A stretch of DNA of 64,000 bases, from NCBI GenBank assembly GCA_030650795.1, contig JAUSDJ010000017.1, positions 130,699 to 194,698 of the forward strand, read 5' to 3'. How positions within the stretch are numbered: the stretch's first letter is position 1; each line of letters opens with the position of its first letter. Below are positions 9,830 through 17,859 of this stretch, one piece after another. The position numbers were made by a program, and so were the translations under genes. The notes beneath the pieces were generated by a model. The model was not told the DNA's origin. It worked only from the letters and a program-made list of their open reading frames with translations, and ran no database searches. Origin of the DNA: Actinomycetota bacterium (lineage in GTDB: Bacteria > Actinomycetota > Actinomycetes > S36-B12).

Positions 9830-9975
9830 GCGCAGCACAACTTCATCCACGTGCTTGAAATTCAGGGGAAGTCCGGTGAGAGTCCGGCGCTGTCCCGCAA
9901 CCGTGTGCCTCTTTGAGGTGAGTCGGAGCACCTGACAAGCACGAGCGGCTCCATCCGTCGAGGTAACGGAATAGA
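9830..9975 (+). promoter_or_regulatory. cobalamin (B12) riboswitch
   Basis: Core GGGGAAGTCCGGTGAGAGTCCGGCGCTGTCCCGCAACCGTG (9864-9904) and a B12-box-like GAGTCGGAGCACCTGAC (9920-9936), directly upstream of a corrinoid transport/salvage operon. Boundaries are approximate. Confidence 0.85.
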
Positions 9976-10044
9976 GCCCCGAATCGATGGATGCCATCGG
10001 TCTTGCGGGCAATCGTTCACGACCCGCTCACCGAAAGAGAAAAA

Positions 10045-11091
10045 ATGTCACGTCTGACCCGATCCATCATTGGCGTTGCCGGAATCAGCCTGGCGGCTGC
10101 CACGCTCATGAGTCCGGCACTTGCCGCATCAACCAACACTGGTCTGTTCGGTGCGGCTGATCCAACATATGACGGCGTCTACCGCCAGTCGCTGTCGATC
10201 ATCGCCCTACAGCCCCTCAACAAGGTTCCAGCCGCCGCAACGACTTGGCTCAAGTCACAGCAGTGCGCTGACGGCACCTTCGTGTCCTACCGCGCATCAC
10301 TGGACACTCCATGCGCGGCCGCAGATCCTTCCAAGTTCAGCGGCCCTGACTCCAACTCAACGGCCCTCGCTGCAACCGCGTTGCGCGCAGTTCAGGACCA
10401 CGCTCCAGCTGACAGGGCCATCAACGCACTTGTTGCCAAGCAGAATGCAGATGGCGGATGGGGCTACACCCTCGGCGCCACCTCAGATGTGAACTCCACT
10501 GGATTGGTGCTGGCTGCTCTCCACGGAGCCGCAACGCTGCCAGCCAACGCGGCAGCAATGAACAAGGCGCAGGCCTACTTGACCAAGGCTCAGGTTCCCT
10601 GCACCGGAACTGGAACCTTCGGCTTGCCATACCAACCAGGTGGCAAAGCGGACTACCTGGCTTCAGCTCAAGGGCTGATCGGCATCGCCGGCACGCTGCC
10701 TGTTGCAAAACCGGCCAAGTACGCGCCAGTCAAGGGCACGAATTGCAACTCAGAATCTGAAGCACGCGTGTCTGCCTTCTTGGCGAATTCGCTTGTCGCC
10801 AACAAAGGTCAACTCCCGTCGGCAATGGACCCAAATCAGGCTGACTACAACGCGACAGCTGACGCCGTTGTCGCTCTGGCATCTGCCGCCAGAGGGCAAG
10901 AAGGCGTTGTTGCCGGATCGGCACTGCTGAAGCAGCACGTCACCGCTTTCACCCTCTTCGGGCCGAAGTTCAAGGCAGCCGCGGCAGCGACGCTGATCCA
11001 GGTGGCCCAAGCAACCGGAACCAACCCACGAGCATTCGGAAGTGAGAAGACCAACCTGGTCGCCAATCTTCTGAACTCGATCACGAAGTAA
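10045..11091 (+). CDS. exported prenyltransferase/terpenoid-cyclase-repeat (alpha/alpha-toroid) protein
   Basis: ORF 9991..11091. Start set at ATG 10045 (MSRLTRSIIGVAGISLAAATLMSPALA signal). Repeats QQCADGTFVSY and KQNADGGWGY. First gene after the riboswitch. Confidence 0.8.
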   Translation: MSRLTRSIIGVAGISLAAATLMSPALAASTNTGLFGAADPTYDGVYRQSLSIIALQPLNKVPAAATTWLKSQQCADGTFVSYRASLDTPCAAADPSKFSGPDSNSTALAATALRAVQDHAPADRAINALVAKQNADGGWGYTLGATSDVNSTGLVLAALHGAATLPANAAAMNKAQAYLTKAQVPCTGTGTFGLPYQPGGKADYLASAQGLIGIAGTLPVAKPAKYAPVKGTNCNSESEARVSAFLANSLVANKGQLPSAMDPNQADYNATADAVVALASAARGQEGVVAGSALLKQHVTAFTLFGPKFKAAAAATLIQVAQATGTNPRAFGSEKTNLVANLLNSITK

Positions 11092-11136
11092 ATCCAGGCT
11101 GAAGCAGCACGGGCAAAGAACGAGTACGGGCAATTT

Positions 11137-11802
11137 GTGAAGCACACATGTCGACGAGCCGGAGCCACACTCGTGGCCGCGCTCGTCGGCGTGCTGCTTG
11201 CAGCCACCTTCGCGAGCAGCGCGCAGGCAGCGGCCTACCGCTACTGGACATACTGGAAAGCCAGCGACAGTGCCTGGCAGTTCGCGCAAGCCGGGCCAGC
11301 GGGCACCACGCCTGCCGACGGATCTGTTGAGGGCTGGCGCTTCGCTGTCTCATCTACCAGCGGTGACCTTGCAAATGAACCGCGATTCGATGCAACTCAT
11401 GCGTTCATTGACATATGCGGGAACACTGCTGCAATCGAGGGCAAGAAGCGGGTTGCGCTCGTTGTGGATCCCGGTCTTGCTGAGGCCGCACCGTCAGGTG
11501 ATCAGCCCGGACCGCTCAAGACCTACTGCGCCGTGGTGGCAAGCGACGCCAATGGTTATGACGTACTTCGAAGCGTTGGACCAGTACGTGTCGGCAGCGG
11601 ATTGATCTGCGCAATCGACAGCTATCCGACAAGCGGCTGCGCGGATGTGGTGGACCAGACTCAGCTAGGCGATGTCATGAGTACCGCTCCGAGCGTCCAG
11701 GCTGCAACAGCTGACCAATTCAGCGCTGTGCCAGTCATCATTGGTGTGGGCGCGCTGGGTGCACTGGCTGCTCTGGCATGGTGGTTGAGGAGAAGAAGAT
11801 GA
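11137..11802 (+). CDS. exported, C-terminally membrane-anchored protein (SCO2322-like as I recall it; DUF4430-like N-terminal motif)
   Basis: Signal peptide ...ASSAQA. YRYWTYWKASDSAWQFAQAGP...DGSVEGWRFAV. C-terminal TM helix VPVIIGVGALGALAALAWW followed by LRRRR. Confidence 0.75.
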   Translation: MKHTCRRAGATLVAALVGVLLAATFASSAQAAAYRYWTYWKASDSAWQFAQAGPAGTTPADGSVEGWRFAVSSTSGDLANEPRFDATHAFIDICGNTAAIEGKKRVALVVDPGLAEAAPSGDQPGPLKTYCAVVASDANGYDVLRSVGPVRVGSGLICAIDSYPTSGCADVVDQTQLGDVMSTAPSVQAATADQFSAVPVIIGVGALGALAALAWWLRRRR

Positions 11803-12941
11803 AGGCAGCCCTGCAACTGGGCGCGCGCGGATCTGCGCGCTGGTTGCACCCCGGGGCCTGGTGGGTCTGGGCTTTGGGCCTGGCAACTGCGGCCAGCCGA
11901 ACGCTGAACCCACTCTTGCTCGTGCTCATCATTGCCGTAGCTGGCACTGTCGTGAGCGCTCGGAAGCCGGATGCGCCATGGGCCCGCTCATTCATGTTCT
12001 TCGCAAAGCTCGGCATCGCCATCATCGTGGTTCGGATTCTTGTGCAACTGATCTTTGGTGCCGCAATCGGCACCACGACCCTGTTCACCTTGCCGGGTGT
12101 CGATCTGCCCGATTGGATGGCCGGAGTTCGACTTGGCGGCCCCGTAACTTTGGAAAGCCTGCTCTTGGCCTTCTACGACGGATTGCGACTGGCCACCATC
12201 ATCATGTGCATCGGCGCTGCAAACTCCCTGGCCTCACCGAGTCGATTGTTGAAGTCGGTACCCGCGGCGCTATATGAGGTCGGCGTGAGTGTGGTGGTGG
12301 CCTTGACCTTCACCCCGCAGTTGATCGCTGACGTCACCCGAGTGCAATCCGCGCGTCATCTGCGTGGTCGGGCAACCCGCGGACCTCGAGCGATTGCAGG
12401 TGCAGCAATGCCGGTGCTCGAAGGCGCCCTGGAAAGATCCGTGACCTTGGCTGCTGCAATGGACTCACGCGGCTATGGGCGCCGAAGTGACATGAGCAAC
12501 AAGCAGAAGAGGATCAATGCGGGTTTGCTGACTTTCGGACTTGTTGCCGCGTGCATCGGAACCTATGGCTTGGTCTCTGCAGGAACTCCGTGGCTTCTCA
12601 GCGCACCCATGCTGCTGGCCGGACTCGGTTCAAGCTTGCTCGCCATCAGCTGGTCGGCCCGCAATGCAGTTCGCTCGCGATACCGACCTGATCCGTGGTG
12701 GGCTCCAGAATGGGCCGTCGCCGGATCTGGCGTGGCGATAGCCGGCTGCTTCATCAGCGCGGCTTGGTGGTTTCCCGCCGGCTTTGCTACCGAAGTCGAT
12801 CCACCCACCTGGCCAGGACTGCCCGCACTTGCAGTGGTCGGACTACTTCTTGCCCTGACTCCCGCCATCACTGCACCTGAAGTTCCACGGATGTACGCCT
12901 TGCGAACTGAGCATCGGGATCTCGCAGGGGCGGCGGCATGA
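11799..12941 (+). CDS. ECF transporter transmembrane (T) component, CbiQ/EcfT family
   Basis: ORF 11778..12941. ATG 11799 overlaps the upstream stop (ATGA). Multi-TM with coupling motifs SARHLRGR and AMDSRGYG. Confidence 0.85.
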   Translation: MKAALQLGARGSARWLHPGAWWVWALGLATAASRTLNPLLLVLIIAVAGTVVSARKPDAPWARSFMFFAKLGIAIIVVRILVQLIFGAAIGTTTLFTLPGVDLPDWMAGVRLGGPVTLESLLLAFYDGLRLATIIMCIGAANSLASPSRLLKSVPAALYEVGVSVVVALTFTPQLIADVTRVQSARHLRGRATRGPRAIAGAAMPVLEGALERSVTLAAAMDSRGYGRRSDMSNKQKRINAGLLTFGLVAACIGTYGLVSAGTPWLLSAPMLLAGLGSSLLAISWSARNAVRSRYRPDPWWAPEWAVAGSGVAIAGCFISAAWWFPAGFATEVDPPTWPGLPALAVVGLLLALTPAITAPEVPRMYALRTEHRDLAGAAA

Positions 12942-14596
12942 TTCGGTTCGATCACGTGACGGTGACGTATCCCGGTCAAGCACGCCCGGTATTGCAGGAC
13001 GTAAATCTGGAGCTGCTCGAAGGCGAGCTCGTGCTCGTCGTTGGCAGAACGGGGAGCGGTAAAAGCACTCTGTTGCAAGCGATCAATGGGCTAGTGCCCC
13101 ACTTCACCGGTGGCACGCTGAACGGCGAAGTCACCATTGATGGTCGAAGCACGAGCACTCATCCACCTCGCGAACTTGCCGACCTCGTCGGTGTGGTGCC
13201 TCAGGACCCCGCAAGTGGATTTGTAGCCGACACTGTTGAGGAAGAACTGGCGTTCGGCATGGAATGTCTGGGCCTTCGGCCTGAGGTGATGCGCAGGCGA
13301 GTGGAAGAAACCCTTGATCTGCTTGGGCTTGCCGATCTTCGCAATCGCCCCCTGCTTACCTTGTCTGCCGGACAACAACAGCGCGTGGCTATCGGTGCCG
13401 TCCTCGCTGCCCATCCAAAGGTGCTTGTCCTAGATGAGCCAACGTCTGCACTTGACCCGGGGGCTGCTGAAGAAATTCTGGCGGCGCTGCAACGCCTTGT
13501 GCACGATCTCGGCATGACCGTGGTGATGGCCGAACACCGTCTCGAGCGGGTAGTGCAATACGCAGATCGGATCATTGTCGTTCCGGGCGATGCCCAGCAG
13601 ATTGTGATCGGCACTCCGCAGGAAGTCATGCGCGAAGCACCCATTGCGCCACCCGTGGTCGAACTCGGACGGATTGCCGGTTGGACTCCGCTGCCGCTCT
13701 CTGTGCGAGATGCCCGCCGCGCCGCCGGGCCATTGCGAGCGCTACTTGTCGGCCAAGCTCCGCCGTTGCGCGCTGTCCCAAGCCACGGCGCCAACGACAC
13801 CCTTGTTGAAGCAACAGATCTCACCGTTCGATACGGATCGCACTCTGCGCTGCGCAGTATTTCCCTTTCGGTACATCGCGGCGAAGTCGTGGCACTCATG
13901 GGCAGAAATGGCGCTGGAAAATCCACCCTGCTCAACGCGATGGTCGGCTTGCGTACCAGCACTTCTGGCCGCATCACCACCAATGGCAAGGACGCAAGCA
14001 CTCTCAAAGGCTCTGAACTCCTGCAGTCAGTGGGGCTGGTGCCACAAGTTCCCGGTGACCTGCTCGAAGCCACCACTGTCGCCGATGAATGCAAGGCCGC
14101 CGATCGCGACGCCCATGTTGATCCGGGTACCGCCCGAGCCTTGCTTGCCCTGCTTGCTCCCGAAATTCTTGACAGCACCCACCCGCGCGATCTATCCGAA
14201 GGACAACGGCTGTTACTGGCACTTGCAGTCGTCCTGGCCGCGCGGCCTCCGCTATTGCTCTTGGACGAGCCCACTCGGGGATTGGACTACCCAACGAAGC
14301 TTCGCCTGGCCGCCGTCCTTCGCGATCTTGCTGGTGCTGGTCACGCAATCATGCTGGCAACCCACGACGTCGAACTCGCAGCAGAGGTAGCCACGCGTGT
14401 GCTTGTGCTCGCCGAGGGCGAGATTGTTGCTGACGGCACCACGGCCGAAGTCGTGATGTCTTCGCCAATGTTCGCTCCTCAGGTCGCGAAGGTGCTGTCC
14501 CCGCACCCGTGGCTCACGGTTTCCGATGTCATCGCGACGATCGGCCCATTGATTCTGCGAACGCACGCGCCCATAAGTGGCGGAGCAGTGGGATGA
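12938..14596 (+). CDS. ECF transporter ATPase, fused A1-A2 (two ABC domains)
   Basis: Two Walker A motifs (GRTGSGKST, GRNGAGKST) and two signatures (LSAGQQQRV, LSEGQRLLL). ATGA overlap with the T component. Confidence 0.92.
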   Translation: MIRFDHVTVTYPGQARPVLQDVNLELLEGELVLVVGRTGSGKSTLLQAINGLVPHFTGGTLNGEVTIDGRSTSTHPPRELADLVGVVPQDPASGFVADTVEEELAFGMECLGLRPEVMRRRVEETLDLLGLADLRNRPLLTLSAGQQQRVAIGAVLAAHPKVLVLDEPTSALDPGAAEEILAALQRLVHDLGMTVVMAEHRLERVVQYADRIIVVPGDAQQIVIGTPQEVMREAPIAPPVVELGRIAGWTPLPLSVRDARRAAGPLRALLVGQAPPLRAVPSHGANDTLVEATDLTVRYGSHSALRSISLSVHRGEVVALMGRNGAGKSTLLNAMVGLRTSTSGRITTNGKDASTLKGSELLQSVGLVPQVPGDLLEATTVADECKAADRDAHVDPGTARALLALLAPEILDSTHPRDLSEGQRLLLALAVVLAARPPLLLLDEPTRGLDYPTKLRLAAVLRDLAGAGHAIMLATHDVELAAEVATRVLVLAEGEIVADGTTAEVVMSSPMFAPQVAKVLSPHPWLTVSDVIATIGPLILRTHAPISGGAVG

Positions 14597-15393
14597 CACC
14601 GGCAGTTCGCATTGGCAGGCGATCGCTACTCGCAATTCTTGCCACCTCGATCGTCGGTGGCATCGCATTCACGTGGCCACTCTTCGCCGCTCAAGATTCG
14701 ACCGCAGTCGCACATGCCAATGACGCACCTTGGCTGTTCGCGCTCGTGGTTCCACTCTTACTCGCAGTCGTACTCGCGCAATTCACCGATGGCGGCATGG
14801 ATGCAAAGGCGGTGGCTTTGCTCGGTGTGCTCGCTGCAGTGGTCTCCGCGATGCGCCCACTCGGTGGGGGCGCCGCGGGGTTGGAACCGATCTGGGTCAT
14901 CCTTGTGCTCGGAGGTCGAGCCTTGGGGCCTGGCTTCGGCTTCAGCCTTGGCGCCGTATCGCTCTTCGCTTCGGCATTGATGACGGGTGGAGTCGGTCCA
15001 TGGCTGCCGTTCCAGATGCTGGGTGCCGCTTGGGTTGGCTTGGGGGCGGGCCTGCTGCCGCGAGCAAGTGGCAAACGCGAACTTCTGTTGCTGTCTGCAT
15101 ATGGGGCTCTCGCCGCCTTCGCCTACGGGCTGCTGCTCAACTTGTGGTTTTGGCCCTTTAGCGCCGGGCTCCCGTCGGCTATCGCATTTGAGGCGGGCGC
15201 ACCACTAAGTCAGAATCTGCTGGCCTGGATCCACTTCACCATCGTCACAAGTCTTGGCTATGACATTCCGCGCGCAGTGCTCACCGTCGTCCTCATCATG
15301 CTGGCTGGCTCCACGATTCTCACTGCGCTGCGTAGGGCTTCGCGGCGCGCAAACTTCGGTGCCGTCCCCACCTTTGAAGGCGCTGCATTGTGA
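14593..15393 (+). CDS. polytopic membrane protein, probable ECF substrate-specific (S) component (corrinoid?)
   Basis: In the frame of ORF 14509..15393. ATG 14593 overlaps the ATPase stop (ATGA). Highly hydrophobic, about 266 aa. Sits last in the T-A/A-S order. Confidence 0.7.
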   Translation: MTPAVRIGRRSLLAILATSIVGGIAFTWPLFAAQDSTAVAHANDAPWLFALVVPLLLAVVLAQFTDGGMDAKAVALLGVLAAVVSAMRPLGGGAAGLEPIWVILVLGGRALGPGFGFSLGAVSLFASALMTGGVGPWLPFQMLGAAWVGLGAGLLPRASGKRELLLLSAYGALAAFAYGLLLNLWFWPFSAGLPSAIAFEAGAPLSQNLLAWIHFTIVTSLGYDIPRAVLTVVLIMLAGSTILTALRRASRRANFGAVPTFEGAAL

Positions 15394-16802
15394 AGGTTCA
15401 ATTGCTGGGCACTGGATCTGCGGATGGCTGGCCGAATCCATTCTGCGTCTGCGACTCTTGTGAAAGTCAGAGAGCTACCGGCAATGCGCGCGCATCAAGC
15501 TGCGCACTTATCGACAATGAGTTGCTGATCGACTGGGGTCCGACTCTGGCCAATTCCGCCAGCCGGTTCGGACTTTCCTTGAACAAGGTTCATCACATCT
15601 TGTTCACCCATGGTCATGCAGATCACCTCGCTCCTGAATTCCTGTTGTGGCGGTCGTGGATCAGCGACCTGAGAACTCTGCACATCTACGGACCGCCTCT
15701 CGCGATCTCCCGATTTGAACATTGGCTCGATCCGGACGCGCCAGTTGCCTTTCACGCTGTGCAAGCCGGAGATGAATTCACAGCGCGCACCGTGCAGGGC
15801 GATGTCCAAGTGCAAGTGCTGGCAGCGGCTCACGGACATGGCAATGGCGATCCCTTTGCCGATGAGGCCGTGCTCTATGACATCACGGGGGTAGACGGTG
15901 ACCGACTTCTCTATGCCACGGACACCGGTCCGTTGCAAGAACAAACTCTTGAAGCAGTGCGCGATCGCGACTTCACTTTGGTATTGATCGAGGAGACATT
16001 TGGCCGTCATCACACTCATGACACGGGGCATCTCGATCTGAAAACCCTGCCCGACACACTCGAGAATCTTCGGGTGGTCGGCGCGGTCACCAATGCGACC
16101 GATGTCGTCGCTTTCCATCTCAGCCATCACAATCCCCCGATTGCAGAACTCACTCTTGAACTTGCCGAGTTCGGCGCCCGCGCAGTTGATGACGGGACAG
16201 TCATTGACACTCGGACGACCCATGCGGTTCGCACTCTCGTGATTGGTGGAGCTCGCTCAGGCAAGTCAACATTTGCTGAGGCGCTCGCGATGAATCGAGG
16301 GAGAGTGACGTACCTCGCCACAGGCGGGGATCGCCCTGACGATGCCGAATGGCGAGAGCGGGTTGCCACACATCAAGCTCGCAGACCCGTGGCCTGGACA
16401 ACGGTGGAATCCACAGACGTTGTCGGAGTGCTGCGCACCCATGCAGGCGGGACTCTGCTCATCGACTGCATCAGCTTGTGGCTGACAGGTGTGCTCGACG
16501 AGTCCGGCATTTGGAATCGCGAAGTCGCCGACCAACACGACTCACTCGCCAGTATCAACATCAAGATCGATGAACTTGTTGCAGCGGTTCAGGCTTGCGA
16601 AGTTGATTTGATCATGGTCAGCAACGAGGCAGGACAAGGAGTCGTGCCCCCCACCTATGCGGGGCGACTGTTTCGCGATCTGCTCGGCATCACGAACGCC
16701 CGACTGGCCCAGGCGTGTTCTGCGGCCTACTTCATCGTGGCTGGCAGAGTTCTGCCACTCGCGACCGTCGCTTCACTGCTCGCAAAGGACAGTCATGAAT
16801 GA
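15390..16802 (+). CDS. cobU: fusion: PhnP-like MBL-fold metallohydrolase (N) :: adenosylcobinamide kinase/adenosylcobinamide-phosphate guanylyltransferase CobU (C)
   Basis: N-terminus: LLGTGSADGWPNPFCVCDSC and FTHGHADHL (HxHxDH). C-terminus: VIGGARSGKSTFAE P-loop, RVATHQARR, LIDCISLWL, MVSNEAGQGVVP. GTGA overlap with the upstream gene. Confidence 0.85.
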   Translation: MKVQLLGTGSADGWPNPFCVCDSCESQRATGNARASSCALIDNELLIDWGPTLANSASRFGLSLNKVHHILFTHGHADHLAPEFLLWRSWISDLRTLHIYGPPLAISRFEHWLDPDAPVAFHAVQAGDEFTARTVQGDVQVQVLAAAHGHGNGDPFADEAVLYDITGVDGDRLLYATDTGPLQEQTLEAVRDRDFTLVLIEETFGRHHTHDTGHLDLKTLPDTLENLRVVGAVTNATDVVAFHLSHHNPPIAELTLELAEFGARAVDDGTVIDTRTTHAVRTLVIGGARSGKSTFAEALAMNRGRVTYLATGGDRPDDAEWRERVATHQARRPVAWTTVESTDVVGVLRTHAGGTLLIDCISLWLTGVLDESGIWNREVADQHDSLASINIKIDELVAAVQACEVDLIMVSNEAGQGVVPPTYAGRLFRDLLGITNARLAQACSAAYFIVAGRVLPLATVASLLAKDSHE

Positions 16803-17859
16803 GTTGCCACAGGTCAGCATGCCCGATGAGCGGATGCGCGAAGCGGCCATGGCCCGGCAATTGCGATTGACCAAGCCCGCGGGAGCACTTGGCAGGCTTG
16901 AGCCGATCAGCGGATGGGTCAGCGCGGTGCAAGGCAAGTGCCCGCCAAGCAGCTTTGCTCAGCCAACCGTGGTGATCTTCGCTGGTGATCACGGTGTCGC
17001 TACAGCCGCCCGAACATCCGCCTATCCATCCGAAGTCACGGCACAGATGGTGCTCAATTTCATCGCCGGCGGAGCTGCCGTGAACGTACTCGCGCGCCAG
17101 GCCAATGCCTCAGTGCGTGTAGTCGATGTGAGCGTCGACGCAGACCTTTCCTATCTTGCATCGCTTGCACCCGAGGTCGCGCGGCATCGAATTCGACGTA
17201 GCAGCGGATCCATTGATCGGGAGAACGCCATCACAGTCGAGGAGGCACAAGCAGCATTTGATCTAGGTCGCCAGATTGCCGATGAAGAGATCGATAGCGG
17301 TGCCGATCTGCTGATCCCTGGAGACATGGGCATTGGAAACACCACGCCGGCAGCAACTCTCACCGGGCTAGTCACAAGCCTTGATGCCTCCAAAGTCACC
17401 GGCTTGGGAACCGGCATCGATGATCAGACGTGGATGCGCAAATGTGCAGCAGTGCGGGATGCCATGCATCGCGGAAGGCCAGAACTCGGCAACCCCATTG
17501 GACTGCTCGCGTGCGTGGGTGGAGCTGATTTCGCGGCCATGACTGGCTTCCTCGTTCAAGCCGCAATTCGCAAGACGCCGGTTATCTTGGACGGGACGAT
17601 TTCGGGAGCATGCGCGCTGGTTGCCGATCGCATCGACTATCGAGCCAAACTCTGGTGGCTTGCCGGGCATCGATCCTCAGAGCCAGCCCACACGGCTGCG
17701 CTCAACCACCTCGACCTTCAGCCGGTGATCGACTACTCGATGCGGCTTGGCGAAGGAACCGGCGCGCTGCTTGCACTCCCAGTCGTCCAAGCCGCTATCT
17801 CCTTGCTTGCTGAAATGGCAACCTTTGATGAGGCAGGAGTCAGCGAGCAGGATGCCTGA
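16795..17859 (+). CDS. cobT: nicotinate-nucleotide--dimethylbenzimidazole phosphoribosyltransferase
   Basis: ORF 16657..17859. Start ATG 16795 (MNELPQ...). Motifs FAGDHGV, YPSEVTAQM, GDMGIGNTT, RLGEGTGA. Confidence 0.92.
   Translation: MNELPQVSMPDERMREAAMARQLRLTKPAGALGRLEPISGWVSAVQGKCPPSSFAQPTVVIFAGDHGVATAARTSAYPSEVTAQMVLNFIAGGAAVNVLARQANASVRVVDVSVDADLSYLASLAPEVARHRIRRSSGSIDRENAITVEEAQAAFDLGRQIADEEIDSGADLLIPGDMGIGNTTPAATLTGLVTSLDASKVTGLGTGIDDQTWMRKCAAVRDAMHRGRPELGNPIGLLACVGGADFAAMTGFLVQAAIRKTPVILDGTISGACALVADRIDYRAKLWWLAGHRSSEPAHTAALNHLDLQPVIDYSMRLGEGTGALLALPVVQAAISLLAEMATFDEAGVSEQDA

Noticed and set aside
13201-14274. 357-aa minus-strand ORF opposite the ECF ATPase. Similar long antisense ORFs occur at 19935..21152 (405 aa, opposite pepA), 59010..59981 (323 aa, opposite aceE), 22769..23398 (opposite sucB), 17677..18414 (opposite cobS), 54961..55635 (opposite the BcsB-like gene) and 636..1355 (opposite ctaD).
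   Set aside because: These are shadow ORFs typical of high-GC DNA. Their translations are low-complexity Arg/Ser/Ala/Pro-rich with no motifs, while the opposite strand encodes unmistakable conserved proteins.
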